The notes under the pieces are model-generated. The model saw nothing but the letters and a program-made list of their open reading frames with translations, had not been told where the DNA came from and searched no databases. A DNA stretch of 64,000 nucleotides from Ruminococcus sp. Its GTDB lineage: Bacteria; Bacillota; Clostridia; Oscillospirales; Acutalibacteraceae. Location of the stretch: positions 20,447 through 84,446 of the forward strand of contig NZ_JBGVJL010000193.1 of the NCBI RefSeq assembly GCF_045129435.1. The letters run 5' to 3'. This document shows positions 20,017 to 31,228 of this stretch, piece after piece (positions within the stretch are counted from its first letter, which is position 1; each line of letters begins with the position of its first letter). Position numbers and translations under genes: made by a program.

Positions 20017-20916
20017 ATGACTTTGCAACAACTAAGATATGTAGTCATGGTTGCTCAGAAAGGCACTATCAGCGAAGCGGCAAAAGAGCTTTTTATATCT
20101 CAGCCGAGCCTTACAAATGCAATTCGTGAGCTTGAAAAAGAAATGAACATTACAATATTTAACAGAACCAACAAAGGCGTTGCTGTATCGAACGAGGGAG
20201 AACAATTTTTAGGATATGCAAGACAGGTGCTTGAACAAGCGAACCTGCTTGAGAGTGCCTATAAAACCTCACCTCAGGATAAGCAACGCTTTTGTATTTC
20301 CACACAGCACTATTCTTTCGCAATAAATGCCTTTGTTGATTTAATCAAAGATCTTCCGCACAATGAATATGATTTTTCAATAAGGGAAACCCAGACCTAT
20401 GAAATAATCAACGATGTTTACACAATGAAAAGTGAAATCGGCATTATTTATATAAATTCTTTTAACGAGGCGGCTTTGATGAAGATACTTAAATCAAAGG
20501 ATTTATGCTTTAATGAACTTTTTGTTGCAAAACCGCATATTTTTGTAACCTCAGAACATCCGCTTGCACATAAGGAATCTGTAACAATGGAAGAACTTGC
20601 CGATTACCCTTATCTCTCATTTGAACAGGGTGAGCATAATTCGTTTTATTATTCAGAGGAAATTTTCAGCACAGTTGAACGCAAAAAGAATATTAGAGTA
20701 ACAGACCGAGCAACGCTGTTTAATCTTCTCATCGGCTTAAACGGCTACACAGTTTGCAGTGGAATCATAGACAGCGACCTGAACGGCTCAAATATTATTT
20801 CAATTCCACTTAGTAAGGAGGGTAATATGAAAATAGGCTATATTTGCCACAAAAATTTAATTACAAGCAAACTTTGTAAGAAGTTTTTGGAAAATTTAAG
20901 CAAATATATAAACTGA
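20017..20916 (+). CDS. LysR-family regulator (MtaR/MetR/CmbR-like)
   Basis: LysR HTH (ISEAAKELFISQPSLT.AI.ELE); upstream of a methionine synthase that carries a TATAG-N7-CTATA box. Confidence 0.9.
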   Translation: MTLQQLRYVVMVAQKGTISEAAKELFISQPSLTNAIRELEKEMNITIFNRTNKGVAVSNEGEQFLGYARQVLEQANLLESAYKTSPQDKQRFCISTQHYSFAINAFVDLIKDLPHNEYDFSIRETQTYEIINDVYTMKSEIGIIYINSFNEAALMKILKSKDLCFNELFVAKPHIFVTSEHPLAHKESVTMEELADYPYLSFEQGEHNSFYYSEEIFSTVERKKNIRVTDRATLFNLLIGLNGYTVCSGIIDSDLNGSNIISIPLSKEGNMKIGYICHKNLITSKLCKKFLENLSKYIN

Positions 20917-20938
20917 CATTACATACAAGGAGGCAAAA

Positions 20939-21832
20939 ATGAAAAATTTTATCAGTACATTAAAGGAATTAAAAATTTTGAATTTTCTCTTTTTAACGCT
21001 TGCAGGTGTTATAAATGCCTTTGGTGTAGTTGTATTTCTTGCACCGGTAAAGCTGTATGACAGTGGAATTTCCGGAACATCAATGCTTATTTCTCAGGAA
21101 ACACCTGACTGGTGCAGTCTTTCGCTGATTCTTATTCTGCTGAACATTCCGCTGTTCTTACTTGGTTTAAAGCGTGAGGGGTTAAAGTTTACTATATATG
21201 CAATTTATTCCGTACTCATCTATTCCCTTGCGGCATGGATAATAACCGATATTTTGCCTATTGATGTAAGTTTTATTTCACCTTTGGCAGGCAATGACCT
21301 GTTTTTGTGTGCAATTTTCGGCGGTGTAATATCAGGCTGCGGAAGCGGTCTTGCAATGCGTTTTGGCGGTGCTATTGACGGTATTGATATTCTTGCCATT
21401 ATGTTTGCCAAAAAGCTCCACCTGAGCATCGGCACATTTATTATGATTTATAACATTCTTCTCTACATCATTTGCGGTATAGTAATCGGAAGCTGGATTT
21501 TGCCGCTTTATTCAATAGTAACCTACGCCGTTGCCGTTAAAATGGTTGACTTCTTTGTTGAGGGCTTTGACCGAGCAAAAGGAGCTTTCATCATTACTAC
21601 AAGAGCAGATCAGGTATGCGAAAAGCTTTCCCAAACCTTTGAAAACGGTATTACAACCATTGAGGCAAAGGGCTACTATTCCGGTTCCAAAAAGACGATG
21701 ATTTACTTTGTAATCAACCGCTTTCAGGTTGATAAAATGAAACGACTTGTACATGACATTGACCCGAAGGCTTATATATCTATCAATGAAATTGCCGATG
21801 TTTACTCTGCAAACTCAAACAGTGACGATTAA
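20939..21832 (+). CDS. YitT-family membrane protein
   Basis: SGISG, LNIPLF, GGAIDG.D, C-terminal G.GYYS...IDP.AYI (DUF2179-like). Confidence 0.88.
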   Translation: MKNFISTLKELKILNFLFLTLAGVINAFGVVVFLAPVKLYDSGISGTSMLISQETPDWCSLSLILILLNIPLFLLGLKREGLKFTIYAIYSVLIYSLAAWIITDILPIDVSFISPLAGNDLFLCAIFGGVISGCGSGLAMRFGGAIDGIDILAIMFAKKLHLSIGTFIMIYNILLYIICGIVIGSWILPLYSIVTYAVAVKMVDFFVEGFDRAKGAFIITTRADQVCEKLSQTFENGITTIEAKGYYSGSKKTMIYFVINRFQVDKMKRLVHDIDPKAYISINEIADVYSANSNSDD

Positions 21833-21855
21833 AACAGCTTTGTAAAGCAAGTGAA

Positions 21856-21884
21856 GTTTGATATAGTTAGCAGCTATATCAAAC
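21856..21884. promoter_or_regulatory. Palindromic LysR (MET-box-like) operator
   Basis: GTTTGATATAG-ttagcag-CTATATCAAAC with perfect 11-bp arms; TATAG-N7-CTATA core. Confidence 0.7.
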
Positions 21885-21957
21885 CTAAATTTTTATGTAT
21901 TTTACAAATATCAGTTTTTGCATTATACTGTTGTCAAATGAAACGGAGGTAATATTT

Positions 21958-23070
21958 ATGGGTAAATCAAACACACCGTTCCGCTTTGATTATGTAGGCA
22001 GTTTTTTAAGACCTGACTATTTAAAGAAAGCAAGAGCAGACTTTGAAAAAGGCAACATTACAAAGCAGGAGCTTACAGAGGTTGAAAATAAAGCAATTAT
22101 TGACCTTGTAAATAAGCAGAAAAAATTAGGCTATAAAGTTATTACAGACGGTGAGTTCCGCCGTGCAACATGGCATCTTGACTTTATGTGGGGATTCAAC
22201 GGAGTGGCACACAAAAAGACAGAAAAGGGCGTAGCATTTCATGGCGAGCCTGCATTAATTGACGATACATGGCTTACCGGCAAAATCTCGGTTGACAACC
22301 ACCCATTTGTAGAGCATTATAAATTTGTAAAGGCTCTTGAGGATGAAAATACTGTTGCAAAGCAGACAATCCCTGCACCGGCCCAGTTTTTCCAACAGAT
22401 GATTATTCCTGCTAATATTGAAGCTACAAGAAAATTTTATCCGACAGATGAAGAACTTATTGATGATATTGCAAAAGGTTACCGCAAGGTAATCGGCGAC
22501 CTTTACAACGCAGGCTGCAGAAACATTCAGTTTGATGACTGTACTTGGGGTGTTCTTGTTGCTAAAGGCAGTGTAATCCGATATGGCAAGGAAACTAATT
22601 TTAAGGAAATCAGTGAAAAGCTTTTAAAGGTAAATAACCTTGCTATTGAAGGCAAGCCTGATGACTTTGTTATTAACACACACATTTGCAGAGGTAATTA
22701 CCACTCAGCATATTTCTCAAGCGGTGCTTATGATTCAGTAGCAGAGCCACTCTTTGGCAGAGAAAATGTTGATGCTTATTATCTTGAATTTGACGATGAG
22801 CGTTCAGGAAGCTTTGAGCCGTTAAAATTAGTTAGCGGTGACAAGAAAGTTGTACTTGGTCTTATCACCACTAAAAAAGCAAAGCTTGAGGACAAGCAGA
22901 CTGTTATTGAAAGAATTAAGGAAGCAAGCCATTATATTCCACTTGACAGACTTTACCTCAGCCCACAATGCGGTTTTGCATCATGTGAAATCGGCAATAA
23001 GCTTACAGAGGAAGAGCAATGGGCAAAGCTTGCACTTGTAAAAGAAATTGCCGAGGAAGTTTGGGGTTAA
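21958..23070 (+). CDS. Cobalamin-independent methionine synthase, catalytic-domain-only (YxjH-like)
   Basis: VGSFLRP, TDGEFRR, HICRGN, LEFD, LSPQCGFAS zinc ligands. Confidence 0.9.
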   Translation: MGKSNTPFRFDYVGSFLRPDYLKKARADFEKGNITKQELTEVENKAIIDLVNKQKKLGYKVITDGEFRRATWHLDFMWGFNGVAHKKTEKGVAFHGEPALIDDTWLTGKISVDNHPFVEHYKFVKALEDENTVAKQTIPAPAQFFQQMIIPANIEATRKFYPTDEELIDDIAKGYRKVIGDLYNAGCRNIQFDDCTWGVLVAKGSVIRYGKETNFKEISEKLLKVNNLAIEGKPDDFVINTHICRGNYHSAYFSSGAYDSVAEPLFGRENVDAYYLEFDDERSGSFEPLKLVSGDKKVVLGLITTKKAKLEDKQTVIERIKEASHYIPLDRLYLSPQCGFASCEIGNKLTEEEQWAKLALVKEIAEEVWG

Positions 23071-23103
23071 TTTTTTAAGCCGTTAATATCCTTCTCTAAA
23101 TAT

Positions 23104-23139
23104 AAAAGGGTTGCCACATTTGTTTGTGACAGCCCTTTT
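23104..23139 (+). terminator. Intrinsic terminator
   Basis: AAAAGGGTTGCCACA...TGTGACAGCCCTTTT. Confidence 0.7.
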
Positions 23140-23167
23140 CCCTATTCTGCATAAATGGCTTTTTGTT

Positions 23168-23718
23168 AAATTGTGGTTTTTATTACGAGAAGATAGTTTG
23201 CAAAGTAATAATTTTCTTATTCCCGACAACAACTTAGTAATGGTCGGGAGTTAAAAGTATTGAAATTGTCTATGCTTTCTGCTCGGACAAAGAAATTTAG
23301 GTCGAGCCTTTTTAAAGGCTCGTGGGTTTTGGCAAAGCCCAAGAAAAGTTGTTTCTATTGCAAATTTTAGACATAAACAGCAACGCTGTTTGTGTGCTAA
23401 AGCAAAGTTTGTCAAAACAGGCGACAGCCATTAAAAAGAAATACTGCATTAATACATAATAAAGAAGAATGGCTTTTTTTGTGTTGCTGTCGCAATTATA
23501 AGGCTTTCGCTGTTGTGCTCAAGCCACCAAACAGCAAGCTGTTTGGCTATCAAAGCTTTGCGTAATTGGAAAGTATTGTGGGCTTTGCCCACACCCACAA
23601 CCTTTGAAAAAGGTTGACCAAATTTTTATTTTCGGGTATAAAGTTTGTGATAATTGAAGTAAAAGTTTCCCGACCGTTGCTAAACCATAATTTTCACCCC
23701 AACTATTGAAAAAGAACC
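23168..23718 (+). repeat. Copy 1 of non-coding quasi-palindromic MITE/REPIN-like element
   Basis: Colinear with 29030-29575 and with the reverse complement of 33680-34139. Right TIR CCCGACCGTTGCTAAACCATAATTT ends at 23693 and is followed by a CCCCAACT tail. Confidence 0.9.
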
Positions 23719-23774
23719 AATTAAAATATCCACAAATGATAATTTCACTCCAATTTCTAAAAAAACACAAAAGC

Positions 23775-23815
23775 AAAAGCGACCGAACAATTTTAAAACT
23801 GTTCGGTCGCTTTTT
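23775..23815. terminator. Intrinsic terminator of the feo operon (bidirectional)
   Basis: AAAAGCGACCGAACA...TGTTCGGTCGCTTTT. Confidence 0.8.
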
Positions 23816-23823
23816 AGTAATAA

Positions 23824-24012
23824 TTATTTATGGTTGTTAGAGTGGCATTTACCTGCCATTGCACAGGATGCACATCCGCAGCCACAGCTTGAACAAGAAG
23901 ATTTACCCTTTTTCTTTGCTCTGAAATGGCTGATAATAATTGCAGCAACTACAGCAACAACTATAAGTAAAACAACTATTGTACCAATATTGTTAAGTAA
24001 AAAACTAAGCAT
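23824..24012 (-). CDS. FeoB-associated Cys-rich membrane protein
   Basis: One TM followed by SCSSCGCGCASC...CH; directly after feoB. Confidence 0.88.
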   Translation of the reverse strand: MLSFLLNNIGTIVVLLIVVAVVAAIIISHFRAKKKGKSSCSSCGCGCASCAMAGKCHSNNHK

Positions 24013-24038
24013 ATACATCCTCCTCTATCAAAATTTAA

Positions 24039-26543
24039 TTATTTAACCTTTACATTAGCCTTTAATGTGTTAGCCTCTTTGTAAGGTCTTACGAGCATAT
24101 AAATCATAAATGCAAGTACAGCAAATGCAAAGATAAGTCCGATTACATTGATGTTGCCGGTGAAGATTCCGCCAAACTGGTTAATCATAAGAGCGATTGC
24201 ATAAGCGAATACACACTGATAAGCTACTGCAAAACAGGTCCACTTTGCGTTGTTCATCTCTCTCTTCATAGCACCGATTGCTGCGAAGCATGGAGCACAA
24301 AGGAGGTTGAATACGAGGAATGAGAAACCGCTGATTGGTGTGAAGTGCTGAGCAATTTCACCATATGCACCAAGGTCTGTACCACCATAGAGGATACCCA
24401 TTGTACCAACAATGTTTTCCTTAGCAACAAGGCCTGTAATTGATGCAACAGCTGCCTGCCAGTTACCCCAACCGAGAGGTGCAAAGATCCAAGCAATGCA
24501 GTTACCGATAGCAGCAAGAATTGAGTTGCCGATTTCGTCCTCGGTAAGCATACGGAATGTACCGTCAACAAATCCAAAGTATGTTGTGAACCAAACAAGG
24601 ATTGTTGAAAGGAGGATAATTGTACCTGCCTTTTTGATGAATGACCAACCACGCTCCCACATTGAACGGAGAAGATTGCTGACTGTTGGGAGATGGTAAG
24701 CAGGAAGTTCCATAACGAATGGAGCAGGCTCACCGGAGAAGATTTTTGTCTTTTTAAGCATAATACCTGAAACTACGATTGCAGCCATACCAATGAAGTA
24801 AGCTGATGTAGCAATCCAAGGAGAACCCTGGAAAATAGCACCTGCGATCATAGCGATAAATGGCATTTTAGCACCACAAGGAATAAATGTTGTTGTCATA
24901 ATTGTCATACGGCGGTCACGCTCATTCTCGATTGTACGAGAAGCCATGATACCCGGAACACCACAACCTGTACCAACAAGCATTGGGATAAATGATTTAC
25001 CGGAAAGACCAAACTTACGGAAAATTCTATCAAGTACGAATGCGATACGAGCCATATAACCACAGCTTTCAAGGAAAGCAAGGAGTAAGAAAAGTACGAG
25101 CATCTGTGGAACGAAACCAAGAACTGCACCAACACCGGCTACGATACCGTCAAGGATAAGACCGTTGAGCCAGTCTGCACAATTAATAGCGTCAAGTCCG
25201 TTGCCGATAAGAACAGGAATACCGGGAACCCACACACCATATGTGCTTGGATCAGGAGCACCATAAGCTTCCTTATAATCTGTATCGAGGTAATTATCAA
25301 CGGCTTCCTGTAACTGAGCCTTAGTTGTATCAGGATAATCTGTAACCTCAAGTGTTTCTTCATCTTCTACAGAGTAAGTAACATTTGCATTTGACGGAGT
25401 TAAAGAAACAAGCTGTGTAAGAGCAGCCTTTGCAGCTTCATCTGAATAATTTTCATCTTCAAGGTCAACCGCTGCGGCAATGTCATCGTTACCATACTCA
25501 GCATTGAACGCCTCAATGATTGCGTCTGTGTCGCCATAAGTTTCTTCAGCCTCTTCTGTCTGAGAAGTACCGATACCAAACAAGTGCCAACCGTCACCGA
25601 ACAAACCGTCATTCGCCCAGTCTGTTGCCATTGAACCTACAGTCTGCATTGAGATGTAATATACAAGGAACATAATTACGGCAAAAATCGGAAGGCCAAG
25701 CCAACGGTTTGTAACAACCTTATCAATCTTATCTGATGTTGTAAGGCTGCCCTTGCTCTTCTTTTTGTAGCAAGTCTTGATGATAGTAGCTATGTAAATG
25801 TATCTCTCGTTTGTGATAATGCTTTCGCTGTCATCGTCAAGCTCTTTCTCTGCGTTTTCTATGTCAGTTTCAACATGCTTTTTAACTTCTTCACTAAGGT
25901 TAAGCTTTGCCATAACCTTATCATCACGCTCAAATACCTTGATAGCGTACCATCTCTGCTGTTCCTCAGGCATTTCGTGAACTACAGCTTCCTCAATATG
26001 AGCAATAGCATGTTCTACAACGCCGTTGAATGTGTGCATAGGAACAGTCTTTGTGTTCTCAGCAGCATCAATAGCAGCCTCAGCTGCTTCCATAATGCCT
26101 GTACCCTTCAAAGCAGAAATTTCAACTACCTTACAGCCAAGCTCTTTTGCAAGTGCTGATGTGTCAATCTTATCTCCGCTTTTCTTAACAACATCCATCA
26201 TATTGATAGCAACAACTACAGGAATACCAAGCTCTGTAAGCTGTGTTGTAAGATAAAGGTTACGCTCAAGGTTAGTACCGTCAACAATATTAAGGATTGC
26301 GTCCGGTCTTTGCTCGATAAGGTAGTTACGAGCAACTACTTCTTCAAGTGTGTAAGGAGAAAGTGAGTAAATACCCGGCAAGTCCATAATCACAACATCA
26401 TTGTGCTTTTTAAGCTTACCCTCCTTCTTCTCAACAGTAACGCCCGGCCAGTTACCTACAAATTGGTTTGAACCTGTAAGAGCGTTAAACAGGGTTGTTT
26501 TACCGCAGTTTGGATTACCTGCAAGTGCAATTTTAATACCCAT
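24039..26543 (-). CDS. feoB: Ferrous iron transporter FeoB
   Basis: GNPNCGKTT, VGNWPGVTVE, DLPG, gate motifs GTGCGVP and FVMELP. Confidence 0.97.
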   Translation of the reverse strand: MGIKIALAGNPNCGKTTLFNALTGSNQFVGNWPGVTVEKKEGKLKKHNDVVIMDLPGIYSLSPYTLEEVVARNYLIEQRPDAILNIVDGTNLERNLYLTTQLTELGIPVVVAINMMDVVKKSGDKIDTSALAKELGCKVVEISALKGTGIMEAAEAAIDAAENTKTVPMHTFNGVVEHAIAHIEEAVVHEMPEEQQRWYAIKVFERDDKVMAKLNLSEEVKKHVETDIENAEKELDDDSESIITNERYIYIATIIKTCYKKKSKGSLTTSDKIDKVVTNRWLGLPIFAVIMFLVYYISMQTVGSMATDWANDGLFGDGWHLFGIGTSQTEEAEETYGDTDAIIEAFNAEYGNDDIAAAVDLEDENYSDEAAKAALTQLVSLTPSNANVTYSVEDEETLEVTDYPDTTKAQLQEAVDNYLDTDYKEAYGAPDPSTYGVWVPGIPVLIGNGLDAINCADWLNGLILDGIVAGVGAVLGFVPQMLVLFLLLAFLESCGYMARIAFVLDRIFRKFGLSGKSFIPMLVGTGCGVPGIMASRTIENERDRRMTIMTTTFIPCGAKMPFIAMIAGAIFQGSPWIATSAYFIGMAAIVVSGIMLKKTKIFSGEPAPFVMELPAYHLPTVSNLLRSMWERGWSFIKKAGTIILLSTILVWFTTYFGFVDGTFRMLTEDEIGNSILAAIGNCIAWIFAPLGWGNWQAAVASITGLVAKENIVGTMGILYGGTDLGAYGEIAQHFTPISGFSFLVFNLLCAPCFAAIGAMKREMNNAKWTCFAVAYQCVFAYAIALMINQFGGIFTGNINVIGLIFAFAVLAFMIYMLVRPYKEANTLKANVKVK

Positions 26544-26626
26544 TAATGTCTTCCTCTCATAAATTAATAGTTATTTTAGACTAACTAAAAGTTTAAAAAT
26601 ATCGGGGAAAAATCCCCGTATTTATC

Positions 26627-26848
26627 TTAAACAAGCTCAATCATTTCAGCGTCAGCTTTACGCAATGAAAGCTCATAGCCTCTTACAGTAACCTCAATCG
26701 GATCACCAAGCGGAGCTACCTTACGAATGTAAATTTCAACGCCCTTTGTAATACCCATATCCATAATTCTACGCTTAATTGCACCTTCGCCATTAAGCTT
26801 TGCAACCTTAACGGTTTCTCCGATTTTTGCATCTCTCAGAGTTTTCAT
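26627..26848 (-). CDS. feoA: FeoA
   Basis: RRIMDMG...APLGDP...LSLRK. Confidence 0.93.
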   Translation of the reverse strand: MKTLRDAKIGETVKVAKLNGEGAIKRRIMDMGITKGVEIYIRKVAPLGDPIEVTVRGYELSLRKADAEMIELV

Positions 26849-26860
26849 ACTGTACCTCCA

Positions 26861-27070
26861 TTAAATCATAATTTTGCTTGCCATTTCACGGCTAATTGCC
26901 ACTCTTGCACCCTTGACATTTACAATAAGGTTACCTGCCATTGAAGTGATAACAGTAACTGCACCACCAACAACAAAACCCAAATTTTCAAGATGTGCTC
27001 TGACTTCGGAGTTACCTCCGATTTTCTTAATAATGTTCTCAACGCCCGGATCGGCAAATGTTAAAGGCAT
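26861..27070 (-). CDS. feoA: FeoA (second copy)
   Basis: HLENLGFVVG...RVAI..EMA.KI. Confidence 0.88.
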   Translation of the reverse strand: MPLTFADPGVENIIKKIGGNSEVRAHLENLGFVVGGAVTVITSMAGNLIVNVKGARVAISREMASKIMI

Positions 27071-27095
27071 AAGCTCACCATCCTAACCGCTTTGA

Positions 27096-27159
27096 TTAGT
27101 GCCGACTAATTAGTAACAACTAACTTTTGTTGTTTAAAAAAAGTTAGCACCCGCTAACT
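27096..27159. promoter_or_regulatory. Three TTAG-N6-CTAA palindromes, putative DtxR/MntR-family operators
   Basis: 27096-27109, 27110-27123 and 27144-27157 (AGTTAGCacccGCTAACT), just downstream of the feo promoter. Confidence 0.7.
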
Positions 27160-27166
27160 AAATATT

Positions 27167-27195
27167 AGTTTACTACTTTTATATTTAAAAGTCAA
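27167..27195 (-). promoter_or_regulatory. Putative sigma-A promoter of the feo operon
   Basis: Minus strand TTGACT-17 nt-TAAACT. Confidence 0.65.
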
Positions 27196-27380
27196 TAATT
27201 TTATTAAATTCAAAATAATTCTACACTAATTTCGTTAAATTGACAAATTTTAGAAATTTTATACTTATAATAAATGTATTCTTAGCTACACTGATTTTCA
27301 CTAAAAATCCCACACAGCTATATTATGTAAGCTATGTGGGAAGTATGATTATTATTTTAAATTTATTAACACATTAATTA

Positions 27381-27989
27381 TCACTCAGTAGAGCTTTCAT
27401 CAAGTTTTTTCTTATCCTCTGCCTCAAAAACTTCAAGACACATATTGTAAATTGCATTTACCTCTACATCAAGATAAACCTCGTCCTTAAAAAGTGCATA
27501 CTGCAAGGTTGAAGTTATGTACAGATAATACAATGCTCTGATGCTTTCAAACGAAACATCAAGGTTTTTGGCTATATGATGAATAAAAGTATCATATCTT
27601 TTTGGAATACCCGAAAAAAAATCGTAGCCCTGTTTTTTATATTTTGGTGATGTATATACCTGATATACAAAACGCATATGTTCACCGTAATTTTTTTGCA
27701 TCCAGCGTGGAAATTTTTCGAGATAATTTTTTAAATCTGCCCTTGAACGAGGTGCTTTTTTCATAAATTCTCTTTCAAATTTAATCATTGCATACTGAAC
27801 AGACTCTGTAATTATCATATCTTTGCTTTCAAAGTAATGATATAATGCTTGATTAGTTTTAAATCCACAATATTTGCATAAAAGCTGAAGTCCTGTATTT
27901 TCAAGTCCGTTATCCATAAAAGCCTGAAAGCATTTATCAAGACATTCTTTTTTTCGCTTTTCATAAACAGCCGCATCAAATTTTTTCAT
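27381..27989 (-). CDS. TetR/AcrR-family regulator
   Basis: N-terminal HTH F..NG...T....L....G....ALYHYFESK. Confidence 0.8.
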   Translation of the reverse strand: MKKFDAAVYEKRKKECLDKCFQAFMDNGLENTGLQLLCKYCGFKTNQALYHYFESKDMIITESVQYAMIKFEREFMKKAPRSRADLKNYLEKFPRWMQKNYGEHMRFVYQVYTSPKYKKQGYDFFSGIPKRYDTFIHHIAKNLDVSFESIRALYYLYITSTLQYALFKDEVYLDVEVNAIYNMCLEVFEAEDKKKLDESSTE

Positions 27990-28181
27990 TCTAACACCCC
28001 AATACACCTGTTGCTACAATTATAATTGTGTTGGGTATTTTTGTCAATAGCAAGACAAAATATCAAAAATAAAATACATATTTCATCGTAAGACTTGACA
28101 ATTCTTTTATAAAATGCTAATATATTTTTAATGATAATCAACTTATTTTTATGTATATATAATAGAATTGGAGGGTTACGT

Positions 28182-28958
28182 ATGAAAAAGAGTACAAAAA
28201 AGGTAGTAATAATAATTTGTTGCGTTCTTGCTGTTGCATTAATTGCAGGAGGCACAGTTGTTGGTGTAAATGTTTATAACAAAAATATGAAAGAACAACA
28301 GATAGAGCAGTTGATTTCTGACATTAAAGGCAAATACGATAACTTTGTAAATGAAAGCGACAGAGATAAGCGAATTGTAATCATCAAAAATCTTGAAAAT
28401 GATTTGACAGACTACCTAAAAAATAATGAGCCTGTCGAGAAAATCAAAGAAAAGTATCAATCTGACCTTGAGCAAATGAAATCATACTTTGTGACCTACT
28501 ATGAAAAGGTTATTAGCGACAACACTTTAAGAGAGATTGAAAAAATTACAGACAAAACAAAGCTCAAAGCTTGCAAGGACAAGCTTACTGCCCTGCTTGA
28601 TAAACTCAACAGCGAAAAAGACGCCGTTCTTTCAAATGAAAAGTTTGAGGAATTAAAAACTAAAATTCAGGATTTGATTGATAAATATTCTGCAAGAATT
28701 GATGCTATTGAACAGGCTGAAAAAGAAGCAAAGGATAAGCTTGAACAGGAAGCTCAGACAATAATTGACGAAGGCAAAGAAAAGATTGAAGAAGTTATTG
28801 AGCCTGAAAACAACAGTTATACTGAGGAGAGCAACACAGCCACAGAATCAACTGACACTGATTCAAACTATGACAGCTCAGATGATTCCGATACTCCAAG
28901 TGATCTTGTTCCAATTACTCCTTTTGAAATTTCTGACGATTACATTTATATGAATTGA
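28182..28958 (+). CDS. Hypothetical membrane-anchored coiled-coil protein with acidic Ser/Thr tail
   Basis: GGAGG RBS, N-terminal TM, K/E-rich helices, followed by a terminator. Confidence 0.7.
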   Translation: MKKSTKKVVIIICCVLAVALIAGGTVVGVNVYNKNMKEQQIEQLISDIKGKYDNFVNESDRDKRIVIIKNLENDLTDYLKNNEPVEKIKEKYQSDLEQMKSYFVTYYEKVISDNTLREIEKITDKTKLKACKDKLTALLDKLNSEKDAVLSNEKFEELKTKIQDLIDKYSARIDAIEQAEKEAKDKLEQEAQTIIDEGKEKIEEVIEPENNSYTEESNTATESTDTDSNYDSSDDSDTPSDLVPITPFEISDDYIYMN

Positions 28959-28977
28959 TTTTCTTTTGAATAATTTT

Positions 28978-29007
28978 AAAACGCAAGGCTTTTGTCCTTG
29001 CGTTTTT
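28978..29007 (+). terminator. Intrinsic terminator
   Basis: AAAACGCAAGG...CCTTGCGTTTTT. Confidence 0.8.
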
Positions 29008-29029
29008 GTTTTTGTTCTTAATGATGAGT

Positions 29030-29575
29030 AAATTATGGTTTTTATTACGAGAAGATAGTTTGCTAAATAATAGTTTTCTTGTTCCCGACAATGACTTAGT
29101 AACGGTCGGGAGTTAAAAGTATTAAGATTGCCTATGCTTTCTGCTCGGACAAAGAAATTTAGGTCGAGCCTTTTTAAAGGCTCGTGGGTTTGGGCAAAGC
29201 CCAAGCCCAGAAAGGTTGTTTTCATTGCAAATTTTCAGGCACAAACAGCAACGCTGTTTGTGTGCTGAGGCAAAGTTTGACAAAACAGGCGACAGCCTTT
29301 TAAAAGAAATACTTCATTAGTAAATTATAAAGAATAATGGCTTTTGTGTTGCTATCGCAGTTATAAAGCTTTCGCTATTGTGTTCAAGCCGCCAAACAGC
29401 AAGCTGTTTGGCTATCAGAATATTGCGTCTAAAGTATTGTGGGCTTTGCCCACACCCACAACCATTAAAAAGGTTGACCAAATTTTTATGTCCGAGTATA
29501 AAGTCTTTGCTGATTCAAAGAAAATTTCCCGACCGTTGCTAAACCACAATTTACCCCAACTAATGAAAAAGAACC
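29030..29575 (+). repeat. Copy 2 of non-coding quasi-palindromic element
   Basis: Same order of hairpins as copy 1; right TIR ends at 29552, then a CCCCAACT tail. Confidence 0.9.
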
Positions 29576-29577
29576 TT

Positions 29578-29612
29578 AAAAATAACAGCCCTGACTGAAA
29601 AGCCAAGGCTGT
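29578..29612 (-). terminator. Intrinsic terminator of ilvC
   Basis: Minus strand ACAGCCTTGGCT...AGTCAGGGCTGT followed by TATTTTT. Confidence 0.65.
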
Positions 29613-29634
29613 AAATAAGCTACAAACTATTAAA

Positions 29635-31216
<1,582 letters not shown>

Positions 31217-31228
31217 AACAACACCTCA

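Noticed and set aside
23168..23718. The hairpin series in the repeat as a CRISPR array
   Set aside because: No identical direct repeats with regular unique spacers, and no cas genes.
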